A stretch of 64,000 bases of DNA from an uncultured virus (IMG/VR IMGVR_UViG_3300005917_000001). Its lineage: Duplodnaviria; Heunggongvirae; Uroviricota; Caudoviricetes. A program made the position numbers and the translations under genes. Within the stretch, counting starts at the first letter, position 1; every line of letters starts with the position of its first letter. The stretch is taken from IMG/VR virus record IMGVR_UViG_3300005917_000001, one strand, 5' to 3'. Below are positions 47,585 through 55,500 of this stretch, piece by piece. The notes below the pieces were generated by a model, which saw nothing but the letters and a program-made list of their open reading frames with translations, was not told the DNA's origin and made no database searches.

Positions 47585-47809
47585 TTATACCCTGAGGACG
47601 GACGGGGGCATATGAGCGTAGACAATATTCCATGTTGGATGCAATGTGAATATACCTAAATTTCCAGCAAATCGAACTCGCAAATATTGTCCCCTTGACC
47701 CGACAATCCAACCTCTTGATGGCTCAACGTGTTCACATTTCTGAAATGTGATTTCCATTCCCCGCTTTGCTGGAACCCCATACGTATCTCTAATATATTT
47801 CATGCTCAT
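47585..47809 (-). CDS. Cassette gene, hypothetical
   Basis: YIRDTYGVPAKRG...LHPTW; stop lies in a TAAC R'' box. Confidence 0.75.
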   Translation of the reverse strand: MSMKYIRDTYGVPAKRGMEITFQKCEHVEPSRGWIVGSRGQYLRVRFAGNLGIFTLHPTWNIVYAHMPPSVLRV

Positions 47810-47817
47810 CTTTTCAC

Positions 47818-47877
47818 CTATAACGTGGAATTAAGCGGAGCAGTCTTTTTCGCTTCCGCTTGAATGAGTGGTTATGA
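47818..47877 (-). mobile_element. attC site
   Basis: TCATAAC-5nt-ATTCAAGC...GCTTAAT-5nt-GTTATAG with the extra L'' base. Confidence 0.85.
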
Positions 47878-48229
47878 GCTTACATACCTGCCGCCCAACA
47901 AAATCACTTGAAAAATATCGTATGTATTTTCCTTCTTTTTCAGCGTATTTTATTTCTTTGGACGTGCTTTCTCCGATATATCCATCCCAATCGACGACAA
48001 ATATCTCATCGGCAAGATCGATTTTCCTTAAATGCAATTCGTCCATAGCTTCGGCGCAGCCTTCATGTTCTGCAAGATGATCTGAAGGACAATCTGGATA
48101 CCATTGAGGCAATAAACTCAACCCCATTGTAATCGCCAACTCATTGCGCTCAATCAGCCATTCCGCAACTGCCATAATTTCAACAAATTTCGATGATCCG
48201 CACATGACTACTATCTTCGGTTTTTCCAT
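47831..48229 (-). CDS. Cassette gene, nucleoside deoxyribosyltransferase-like fold
   Basis: CGSSKF...HLRKIDLADEIFVV..DGYIGEST..EI.YA; start reassigned to MEKPK. Confidence 0.75.
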   Translation of the reverse strand: MEKPKIVVMCGSSKFVEIMAVAEWLIERNELAITMGLSLLPQWYPDCPSDHLAEHEGCAEAMDELHLRKIDLADEIFVVDWDGYIGESTSKEIKYAEKEGKYIRYFSSDFVGRQVCKLITTHSSGSEKDCSA

Positions 48230-48237
48230 TTCTTTCC

Positions 48238-48300
48238 TCATAACGTGGAAATGAGCAGACGGCGTGTTTTTAGCCGGTATGCTCGATTTCTTGGTTATCG
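48238..48300 (-). mobile_element. attC site
   Basis: CGATAAC-5nt-AATCGAGC...GCTCATT-5nt-GTTATGA. Confidence 0.85.
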
Positions 48301-48545
48301 TCAATGCGCCCATATATGACACTGTGACCCTTTCCAGATAAGGCAATTTGATCAATATCTGCATGACTATCAAAATAGTCTGCAACCCATTCAGGTGCGC
48401 CACTATCATTGTCTATTGGTTGTGGGCCTTGCGCATGAAACGTTCCTTTTATTTGTAATTCACCTATTGCATGGGCACCGAAAACTTTCCGGCCATTACT
48501 CCCTTTCATTGCAAAAGTGAAAGATCCTCCATCTACGAATGGCAT
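48270..48545 (-). CDS. Cassette gene, hypothetical
   Basis: Start MPFVDG after AGGAGG; reads into the attC. Confidence 0.7.
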   Translation of the reverse strand: MPFVDGGSFTFAMKGSNGRKVFGAHAIGELQIKGTFHAQGPQPIDNDSGAPEWVADYFDSHADIDQIALSGKGHSVIYGRIDDNQEIEHTG

Positions 48546-48564
48546 AAAAGCCTCCTTTCTAAGA

Positions 48565-48620
48565 CGATAACAAGTGATTATATAGATCCGCATAACTTCG
48601 GTTTTTGGAGGTTATGCGGA
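48565..48620 (-). mobile_element. Array-head element, copy 1 (attI-like or half attC)
   Basis: TCCGCATAAC...GTTATGCGGATCTATATAATCACTTG^TTATC; repeated at 53567-53622. Confidence 0.65.
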
Positions 48621-48656
48621 AAAGCAAGTTTCGTGCCAGCGATTTTCTCTGCGCCC

Positions 48657-48953
48657 TCACTCCAACCCCGGAATAATAATCGGCACATCCACGGACGGAT
48701 AGTCCGGCCGCACCGTAAACGACTTTCCGGTATCCATATCAAGATAATACCGCCCACTACCCTGGCGCCGGCTGTTATACAGCTTCCCGGTGTCCATATT
48801 CCAGATATTCGCCCCGCCGGAGCCATCCTCGTGGACCTCGTAAGTTCGCATCTGCCCCGAATCATCCATAATCGTCACCCGGTACCCCCAGGCCGTCACC
48901 CAAACTCCCAAAACCAAAACCACCACCGCTAATCCCATTATTACCTTTTTCAT
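48657..48953 (-). CDS. Secreted/membrane hypothetical protein
   Basis: N-terminal signal-like hydrophobic stretch; MDTGK repeated twice. Confidence 0.65.
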   Translation of the reverse strand: MKKVIMGLAVVVLVLGVWVTAWGYRVTIMDDSGQMRTYEVHEDGSGGANIWNMDTGKLYNSRRQGSGRYYLDMDTGKSFTVRPDYPSVDVPIIIPGLE

Positions 48954-49318
48954 ACTGCACCTCCCGCGTTACGTTGAAAACCTGTCATTTCGTGATACTC
49001 TGCCATTAGAGTGTTCATGTTAGAATCAATATCAATGCAATAACCGATGGCCTCAAGGTTGAAATACATTTCCCCACAATGTTCACACATCCAGTGGGAT
49101 GCCAATGGAATCTCGCCGTCCTCTCCCCAGATACTATACTCAACCTCATCTCGTGGTGGCCTCATTCGTGCAAATTCAATACACTCCGACCCGATGTCGA
49201 TAAGCACCCCACAACTCCCGCAGCGTTTTCGCCTGGAGGTATCCAATTTTTGGAAATCATCAGGAGAAAACCAGCAAGGACCGTCTCCCTCCCATTCATT
49301 GCACGTACAGGATAACAT
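48950..49318 (-). CDS. Zn-binding hypothetical protein
   Basis: CGSC and CEHC pairs. Confidence 0.7.
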   Translation of the reverse strand: MLSCTCNEWEGDGPCWFSPDDFQKLDTSRRKRCGSCGVLIDIGSECIEFARMRPPRDEVEYSIWGEDGEIPLASHWMCEHCGEMYFNLEAIGYCIDIDSNMNTLMAEYHEMTGFQRNAGGAV

Positions 49319-49333
49319 AATATCTCACCCCTC

Positions 49334-49406
49334 CCCTGCGTCCTCTGCGCCTCTGTGTGAGACGTTTTTTAAAAATCTCTCACAGAGATCACAGAGTCAC
49401 AGAGAA
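49334..49406. repeat. CACAGAG element with arms in swapped order
   Basis: ctctgcgcctctgtgtgaga...tctctcacagagatcacagag. Confidence 0.75.
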
Positions 49407-49428
49407 AAAACTAATCAATGTGCGCCGT

Positions 49429-49695
49429 TTACCCCTTCCTGTGCACCTCATACAATTCCAAGCTCGCCTTTATACTCTCCAGCTCTATGGAGATGGCCCA
49501 TGCCAGGGCCTCAATACACGAATACAACCCGCCTGTCAGCCGCATATTGTCAATCAGCCGATCCCCGGGCTCCTCAAAGTCACCTCCGATCTGCAGCGCA
49601 TGGAGTACCATCCCGAGACCGGTCAACCCCTGGGCCGCCCGGTCGATATGCCCCAAATACATATTAACAGCCGGAAAAGATTCAGGTTCCGTCAT
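49429..49695 (-). CDS. Hypothetical protein
   Basis: Overlaps the antirepressor stop (ATGA). Confidence 0.6.
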   Translation of the reverse strand: MTEPESFPAVNMYLGHIDRAAQGLTGLGMVLHALQIGGDFEEPGDRLIDNMRLTGGLYSCIEALAWAISIELESIKASLELYEVHRKG

Positions 49696-50516
49696 GATGC
49701 ACCGCCTTCCCAGGCAACCGCATAATACCGCCCGGTCCGATTCAGACAGACCCCGTGTGCCACACGAATACAGGTGATACCCCCGTTCTCATCAGGTACC
49801 GACTGGGATGTAAAAACCATCCGTGCAGCGATTTCCCGCAAGGACCTGTAAAACGTATTGCGGCCCAGGGGCACACCCTGCGCATCTTTGCACCACCCCT
49901 GATACGCCTCATGAAGTTCCATGGGGCGACACGAGGCATCCGCGTGCATCAAACAGCAGCTTTCTAAGAAATCCCGAACCGTTTCATCCTTCATCCGGAG
50001 GACCCGGGATACAGGCCTGGCTCCGAAACTCGTAGCAGGTCCTTTCCCGGTCAGATAATCGCCGTCATAGCCGGGCCTGCCATATACCGCCGTCAACCCC
50101 CGCACCGCCGCATTCACCGAGGCCATTGTCTCGTTCAACTGGGATATCGCATCCACAGCCGCCTGATCCGCCTCCTCATCCGCACCCGGTATGGCATACT
50201 GCCCCGTTTTGCGGAGGGAGGGAAGCACATCATGGGTCACCCACCGCCGAAAAGGTTTAGCCGCCTCCTTGTTCGATCGGACAATCAGGGTGTAAAGACC
50301 GGATTCGGAAATGGTCGCCATGTCCTGTGCGCCTCCAAGGGTATCAATATTTTTGATACCCTTTTCATCATCATCCAGCTTTTCAAGTGCCATACTTACA
50401 TTTTCAAGCTCCAAAATAACACAAACATCCTTTCCAACAAACCAGGGCTCCCCACTTTCATCTCGGATCACCCGCACATCCTGCTCCTCATACTCAAATG
50501 GAATTACATTAGTCAT
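49692..50516 (-). CDS. Bro-N antirepressor with C-terminal winged-helix-like domain
   Basis: EPWFVGKDVC, ISESGLY.LI.RS.K..AK.FRRWVT..VLPS.RKTG.Y. Confidence 0.92.
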   Translation of the reverse strand: MTNVIPFEYEEQDVRVIRDESGEPWFVGKDVCVILELENVSMALEKLDDDEKGIKNIDTLGGAQDMATISESGLYTLIVRSNKEAAKPFRRWVTHDVLPSLRKTGQYAIPGADEEADQAAVDAISQLNETMASVNAAVRGLTAVYGRPGYDGDYLTGKGPATSFGARPVSRVLRMKDETVRDFLESCCLMHADASCRPMELHEAYQGWCKDAQGVPLGRNTFYRSLREIAARMVFTSQSVPDENGGITCIRVAHGVCLNRTGRYYAVAWEGGAS

Positions 50517-50548
50517 GATTCATTCTCCTTCCTTTAGAAGTTTGACGT

Positions 50549-50730
50549 TTAGGGCACAAAAAAAAGCGCCCGAGTGCTGTCATGGCTCTAAAGGAGACCA
50601 CCCTCGGCGTGTTGCCACGCTTCGGACACTCGGGCGCAAAGAATAAGCCCTAATAAAAACACCCCCTTCCGCGTCACAAAAATGGCGCGGCAAGGCCGGG
50701 GACAGCCTCTTTAGAGTTATGACAGTTATT
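50549..50730 (-). ncRNA. c4-like structured leader/attenuator of the antirepressor
   Basis: 11-bp stem GCGCCCGAGTG with T8; CTGTCATAACTCTAAAG complementary to CTTTAGAGCCATGACAG. Confidence 0.6.
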
Positions 50731-50749
50731 TCCATAACAAATCCTTTAT

Positions 50750-50810
50750 CCCTTGTCAAGATGTTTTTTTTATTTTTTATTTGACATTGAAGCACTTTAT
50801 CTGCTACATT
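50750..50810. promoter_or_regulatory. Divergent sigma70-like promoters
   Basis: TTGACA on - at about 50754-50759; TTGACA-18-TACATT with extended TG on + at 50781-50810. Confidence 0.55.
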
Positions 50811-50842
50811 GCAGCATCTGCAATAATACAGGAGGATCATAA

Positions 50843-51121
50843 ATGGTGAATATCTCTCGTAAGATGAAAGAATGGTATCGCGGAACACCCATCCCATACA
50901 GCATCGATAACCTCACGGACCTCCAGAGAGACAAGTTCGGTGAGCCACAAACACCGCTTCTTCCCGACAGATTCAATCCGCCGGTTATCGCTAAAGTTTT
51001 CAATGGCATAGGACGCTTCTGCCGCCGCTACTGGAAATGGATTATTGGAATACTTTTTCCAGCAACTCTGGCCATGATAGGCCTGCATCTCGCATCTTTA
51101 GTATCAACTTTATCCATGTAA
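50843..51121 (+). CDS. Moron-like protein with C-terminal membrane helix
   Basis: Own promoter, AGGAGG RBS, opposite strand to its neighbours. Confidence 0.65.
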   Translation: MVNISRKMKEWYRGTPIPYSIDNLTDLQRDKFGEPQTPLLPDRFNPPVIAKVFNGIGRFCRRYWKWIIGILFPATLAMIGLHLASLVSTLSM

Positions 51122-51191
51122 CGGCGGCAAAAGTCATCCCCACGATAAAGGCATACTTCCAACTGTTCACAAACTTATCGATTTCATTCAT
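51042..51191 (-). CDS. 49-aa single-TM peptide (not in ORF track)
   Basis: MNEIDKFVNSWKYAFIVGMTFAAVTWIKLILK...; AAGGA RBS. Confidence 0.4.
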   Translation of the reverse strand: MNEIDKFVNSWKYAFIVGMTFAAVTWIKLILKMRDAGLSWPELLEKVFQ

Positions 51192-51376
51192 GATTATTTC
51201 CTTTCATATCCTTCATTTTCTCACCCACCAATAGGTCTATCTCCATCGATACCGCATAAATCGCCCTAACCAGGTCCTTATCCCCGCCCTCCTTAACCCG
51301 CTCCTCAGCCATCCACACAATCGTATCCGCCATCGTCTACCCCATTTCCATTCGATGTTGGATGTTCATCTTTCCC

Positions 51377-52192
51377 TCATTCCGGCACCTCATCCCAGAC
51401 CTTCCCATCCAACGCGGGCATTTTAACCAACTTCCCGTCAACATCCATCTGCTTCAGGAAGAACGGGACCCGGTGCCCATACGCCTTACACTGCTCCCTT
51501 ATAAATCGAAACCACTCCCAATCCGTTCGCCTTCGCTTCGGGCCGCTCTCACACCCCGCTATCACCCAGTCCAATACCGGCGCATCAATCGTGTGAGCGT
51601 TGCATGCGTCCCACTCTTCCTTATACCCGCCGAGATAAGACTCCAGATTCACCGGTCCCAGTAACGGCTCAAGAGACACAAACCGCCGCGCAGCCGGTAT
51701 CTGCAGTAGTACGGGTATCCGTCGATCTGCCTCCTCCTGATTTTCGGCAGTAACCCCAACCCAGACGTTTTTCCTTTCATGCCCTTCAGGGTAGCGCGTA
51801 CCGAGGAAGTCCAACGCCCTCTCCGGCCGCTTCGTCAAAACCAGATATGTGTGGCCGGGTCTGTCGTTTGCCGGTTGGATATTCCCCTCGGCGTCATAGA
51901 ATTCACCCATAGCCTGCCACACATTAAGTATCCACGCTTCATCCACCTCGGGGTGAAAAAGATCCCCCATAGAGCAGACAAACACCCGCCGCGGCTTCTT
52001 CCACTTCAACGGTTGGTTTATCCGATCGGGATGGAAAGTCACCTTGAAAGGATCGTCCGCCGGGTACCCGAACCGCCCCTTCAACCGCTGCGCCATCCGC
52101 CGGGCATAACAGTTCCGGCACCCCTCCGACACCGGAGAACACCCGGTAACCGGATTCCAAACCTCATCCGCCCACTCAATCTTAGTACTCAC
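51377..52192 (-). CDS. Phage Gp37/Gp68 (DUF5131) family protein
   Basis: WNPVTGCSPVSEGCRNCYA, SMGDLFH, LTKRP, DWVIAG.ESG, PFFLKQ. Confidence 0.95.
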   Translation of the reverse strand: MSTKIEWADEVWNPVTGCSPVSEGCRNCYARRMAQRLKGRFGYPADDPFKVTFHPDRINQPLKWKKPRRVFVCSMGDLFHPEVDEAWILNVWQAMGEFYDAEGNIQPANDRPGHTYLVLTKRPERALDFLGTRYPEGHERKNVWVGVTAENQEEADRRIPVLLQIPAARRFVSLEPLLGPVNLESYLGGYKEEWDACNAHTIDAPVLDWVIAGCESGPKRRRTDWEWFRFIREQCKAYGHRVPFFLKQMDVDGKLVKMPALDGKVWDEVPE

Positions 52193-52205
52193 TGTGTTTC
52201 TCCTT

Positions 52206-52247
52206 CGCCCAGATCAGCCGCTCGTCCGCTGGAACGGCTTGTTATAT
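52206..52247 (-). mobile_element. Degenerate terminal attC
   Basis: ATATAAC-5nt-GTTCCAGC...GCTGATC; R' GTT replaced by GAA. Confidence 0.6.
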
Positions 52248-52577
52248 TTTGCTGCTTATCTCTGATAAAATTTCTCGGATGTCGAGTAATATTTGTACTG
52301 TTAAATTACTTGAGTGAACACCGCCATCTTGATACGAAGCGTGTAAATCTCGCAATATATCTTTTCTATCACGCATTTTATTAGAACTTTTTGTATTATA
52401 TTTTTCGCGCATTACAGTTAATGGGTTTTTGGGTCGTTTTGTATAACAGTGCGACATATCACTTCCAGCACCATCTTCTCCATCATTTTCTAAATTATAT
52501 CCGTGCTTAGTCTTAGAAGATCCGCCTCTGGCTGGGTCTCTGTCACAACCCCTGCTTGTTCTATGTTCTCTTGTCAT
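52242..52577 (-). CDS. Cassette gene, hypothetical
   Basis: AGGAG RBS; stop in the R'' box. Confidence 0.6.
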   Translation of the reverse strand: MTREHRTSRGCDRDPARGGSSKTKHGYNLENDGEDGAGSDMSHCYTKRPKNPLTVMREKYNTKSSNKMRDRKDILRDLHASYQDGGVHSSNLTVQILLDIREILSEISSKI

Positions 52578-52598
52578 TTTGCTCTCCTTTCTTTTAAA

Positions 52599-52658
52599 AT
52601 CTAACGTGCAGGTCAGCCGTGGAACGAAGTGGAATCGGCTGAATCAGCCTCGTTATAC
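52599..52658 (-). mobile_element. attC site
   Basis: GTATAAC...TTCAGCCG...CGGCTGA...GTTAGAT. Confidence 0.75.
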
Positions 52659-52891
52659 ACATCATTTAAGATAAAATCGGCTTTCGCGTACAGCTTCCGA
52701 ACCCTTAGCAGTTGACGCCTGAACGCTGAAACCGGTTTTTTGTAGCTCCGGTCAATTTTTTCCTCAAAAGCCAATATTTTTTTATTTAGCTTTCCCATGT
52801 CCTGGATTATTTTATGATAATCTCCAAGCCAATCCAAATATTCGTAGGTGCTGGATTGACCATTTATTTGGATTTTACATCCTCTGCACAT
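52613..52891 (-). CDS. Cassette gene, hypothetical
   Basis: AT-rich; reads into the attC. Confidence 0.65.
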   Translation of the reverse strand: MCRGCKIQINGQSSTYEYLDWLGDYHKIIQDMGKLNKKILAFEEKIDRSYKKPVSAFRRQLLRVRKLYAKADFILNDVYNEADSADSTSFHG

Positions 52892-52904
52892 AGTAGTCCC
52901 CAGC

Positions 52905-52969
52905 GTATAACGTTGAGTTAAGAGGTGCGGCGGTCCTTTGCCGCAACCTTCTTAAACGATTTGTTATCT
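52905..52969 (-). mobile_element. attC site
   Basis: AGATAAC-5nt-GTTTAAGA...TCTTAAC-5nt-GTTATAC. Confidence 0.85.
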
Positions 52970-53236
52970 TTGTTGTAATCCTAATGCCTCAATTTCATTA
53001 ATCGTAAGCTTTGGGTAAACTGTAACGTTCCCGCAATTGGTTTTTGTTAAATCCACATCGATCATTCTGTTTTGACTTTCGCAAATAGTCAAACCTTTCC
53101 ATCCAGGGGGGGGTGGGAAACACTTTTCAAGCCTCATCGCCCTGGATCTTCGACTGCAAAGGCGCCATTCTTCGTAGGAACCGTCAACTTTTATTAGACA
53201 TTCAATAATTGTAATGCTTTTTGAGGTGTCAAACAT
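52964..53236 (-). CDS. Cassette gene, hypothetical
   Basis: Stop TAA in the R'' box. Confidence 0.7.
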   Translation of the reverse strand: MFDTSKSITIIECLIKVDGSYEEWRLCSRRSRAMRLEKCFPPPPGWKGLTICESQNRMIDVDLTKTNCGNVTVYPKLTINEIEALGLQQR

Positions 53237-53249
53237 GAATTTCTTCCTC

Positions 53250-53306
53250 GCATAACGGTTTAATCAGCGGCCGCGTTTAGCGGTCGGCTGAAGCGGCTGG
53301 TTAGCT
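53250..53306 (-). mobile_element. attC site
   Basis: AGCTAAC-5nt-GCTTCAGC...GCTGATT-5nt-GTTATGC. Confidence 0.85.
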
Positions 53307-53546
53307 GAACTTTTCGCAATGCTGAGCGGTTAAACACAATAATAGTTGTTCATTGTTCAGTGTTGAGAGTAGCTTTTTAATATCTCGCAACCGGTAATCT
53401 GTTAGCCATTTCTCTCGTTCTTGCCAATTTAGATGCTCTATCGGCATGAGGTATGCTTCTAATGCTGTGCCTCGTGTTCCCACCTGTATTTCATTAAGGC
53501 CAGCCGTAAAACTCTCATAAACAACGTCTTCGATTAACTTTCTCAT
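53301..53546 (-). CDS. Cassette gene, hypothetical
   Basis: AGGAG RBS; stop TAA in the R'' box. Confidence 0.7.
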   Translation of the reverse strand: MRKLIEDVVYESFTAGLNEIQVGTRGTALEAYLMPIEHLNWQEREKWLTDYRLRDIKKLLSTLNNEQLLLCLTAQHCEKFS

Positions 53547-53566
53547 GTAACACTCCTTTTCTAAGA

Positions 53567-53622
53567 TGATAACAAGTGATTATATAGATCCGCATAACTC
53601 CACAAAACCGGAGTTATGCGGA
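53567..53622 (-). mobile_element. Array-head element, copy 2
   Basis: Near-identical to 48565-48620 except for the hairpin interior. Confidence 0.65.
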
Positions 53623-53626
53623 CAAT

Positions 53627-55180
53627 TTAAACTTCCACCCCCATATCCCGATACACCCGCACCCGGCCCCGGTAACTCCCCTGCAGGTGAGTCGGTCGAT
53701 CCCGATAATCAAAAATCTTCGGGGGATCATCCCCGGGTTTTGACCATAACAACTTACCGACGGCCTGGCATAGATTCTCGGGATGCCGTAGGGGGGAGGC
53801 CACAAACAGGTGGGTGATCCGGTCCACATTCAACAGATTAAAACTCTTGGCGGTGACACAGATAATCTGAGTTTTTCCTTTATTAAACATCTCAAAAACA
53901 ACCGGCAATTGATCTTTTTTAGTCTTTCCGGATATTAAGATACAGTCGCGGTAATTAGCTTTAAAGGTTTTTTGCAGGGCCTCTAAGTGAACTAATCGCT
54001 CTACCAGGACCACGGTCCGGGCGCCTCCTTTTATCGCGGTCTCGGCCAGCACGTCGGTGACAATCCGCTCGTTTCGCTCCGGATCCACGGCCAGGGCGCC
54101 CACCATTTTTTTGTAATCTTCACTGAAGTTGTAATCAAACCCGGTGTCCTGGCCGTGGAAAACCGGTCGGATCGCGGTCGATTCCCGGTAAACCCTATCT
54201 ATGTCGATTTCGGCCAGATGCGGCCCTATATAGGCATGTATAAGGTTAGTTAGACCGTCATCCCGCTTCCGTCTGATCGCCAGACCCAGCATATATGCCG
54301 AGGGGATATACCGGACAAATTTAAAAAAAACATTCAGCCCGACCCGGTCGCACTGATCCACTATTAAAAACCCGACCGACTCGGCCACATCGTCGATCAT
54401 CTTATGAAGTGCGCGGCTGATGGCTATAGTAAAAGGCCTCCCTTGATCCTGCCTACCATCTCCGATCAATCCTATATCCGTCCGGGAAAGCCCCAGAAAT
54501 CGACCGGCCGCTTCCTGCCATTGATACGCCTGCGATTTAGTCTGCACAATCACCATCACAGGTACCTGTCGCTTTGCCGCCAAATATAACGCAGCTACTT
54601 TTTTCCCCGACCCTATTGAACCACAGATAGTTCCAAATCTTCTACTATTCACAACCGCAACCACTTCACCCTGATACGGATACAAATCCCCTTTAAACTC
54701 AAAGTAAACCGTGCCTGATCGCTTAGTGTAATCATCGTATTCGCCTTTGCGCCTATGGGCCTGGAGGATACGTATGAGGCGGCTGGCAAACCCCCGGGTT
54801 GTAAACAGGTGGCCGTCCCCCTCCCAATAACAGGTCAACTCCCTCGTGATCTCAGGCGTAAGGGTCCCTGCTCGCTTAGCCCGGATCCAGAGCGGATTTT
54901 TAAACGTCAATTCCCGCGCCACTTCATCAATCACACCTTCAGGCAGATCCTCGAGGGCCACCCGCAGTTCCCGCTCCACCCGAATCTTAACAGACCCCCC
55001 GGTTTGGATAACGTCTTGCCCTGTTGTTACACTATCCCCCTCCACTGTTACACCAACAGCCTCTTCCGGCAAAACCTCCACCTTCGCCTCATCCTCATCT
55101 AAGGCACTGTATTTCTTTAACATTTCATCTAATTCCATAATGATAATCCTACTGCTGCTGTCACACCCGTTTTCAGACAA
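53627..55180 (-). CDS. SF2 helicase-like protein with degenerate motifs (start probably near 55138)
   Basis: LYPYQ, GSGKK, LIVDQCD, QAVGK, IFDYRD. Confidence 0.8.
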   Translation of the reverse strand: MSENGCDSSSRIIIMELDEMLKKYSALDEDEAKVEVLPEEAVGVTVEGDSVTTGQDVIQTGGSVKIRVERELRVALEDLPEGVIDEVARELTFKNPLWIRAKRAGTLTPEITRELTCYWEGDGHLFTTRGFASRLIRILQAHRRKGEYDDYTKRSGTVYFEFKGDLYPYQGEVVAVVNSRRFGTICGSIGSGKKVAALYLAAKRQVPVMVIVQTKSQAYQWQEAAGRFLGLSRTDIGLIGDGRQDQGRPFTIAISRALHKMIDDVAESVGFLIVDQCDRVGLNVFFKFVRYIPSAYMLGLAIRRKRDDGLTNLIHAYIGPHLAEIDIDRVYRESTAIRPVFHGQDTGFDYNFSEDYKKMVGALAVDPERNERIVTDVLAETAIKGGARTVVLVERLVHLEALQKTFKANYRDCILISGKTKKDQLPVVFEMFNKGKTQIICVTAKSFNLLNVDRITHLFVASPLRHPENLCQAVGKLLWSKPGDDPPKIFDYRDRPTHLQGSYRGRVRVYRDMGVEV

Positions 55181-55500
55181 TGTGACACTAAAAAACCATT
55201 TAACTCATTAATATTCTTATATTTCTATCGTTTTCCATGCCCCACTGTCACGTCACATTCGCTTTTTACAAGATACTTATACTTAGCTATAATTTTATTT
55301 ACATTTTTTCTTTTTCCCCAAAATTCCATTTTTTAAAAAAAAATTTCATATAGTATCTCTTCCCCTAATATGGTGGTACAGTGTGACACCGTACCCTATA
55401 TATATAATATAACTTATTATTATTATTATTATTATTATTAAGGGGAGGTGGTACAACTGTGTCACAAACCCCGTCACAAACCGTCACACTGTCACACTTT
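55150..55500. other. Putative replication origin
   Basis: About 9 GTCAC(A) repeats in both orientations around AT-rich tracts, downstream of the primase. Confidence 0.55.

Noticed and set aside
52430..52505. Extra attC inside 52242..52577
   Set aside because: A GTTATAC box is present but there is no convincing R''/L arm pairing
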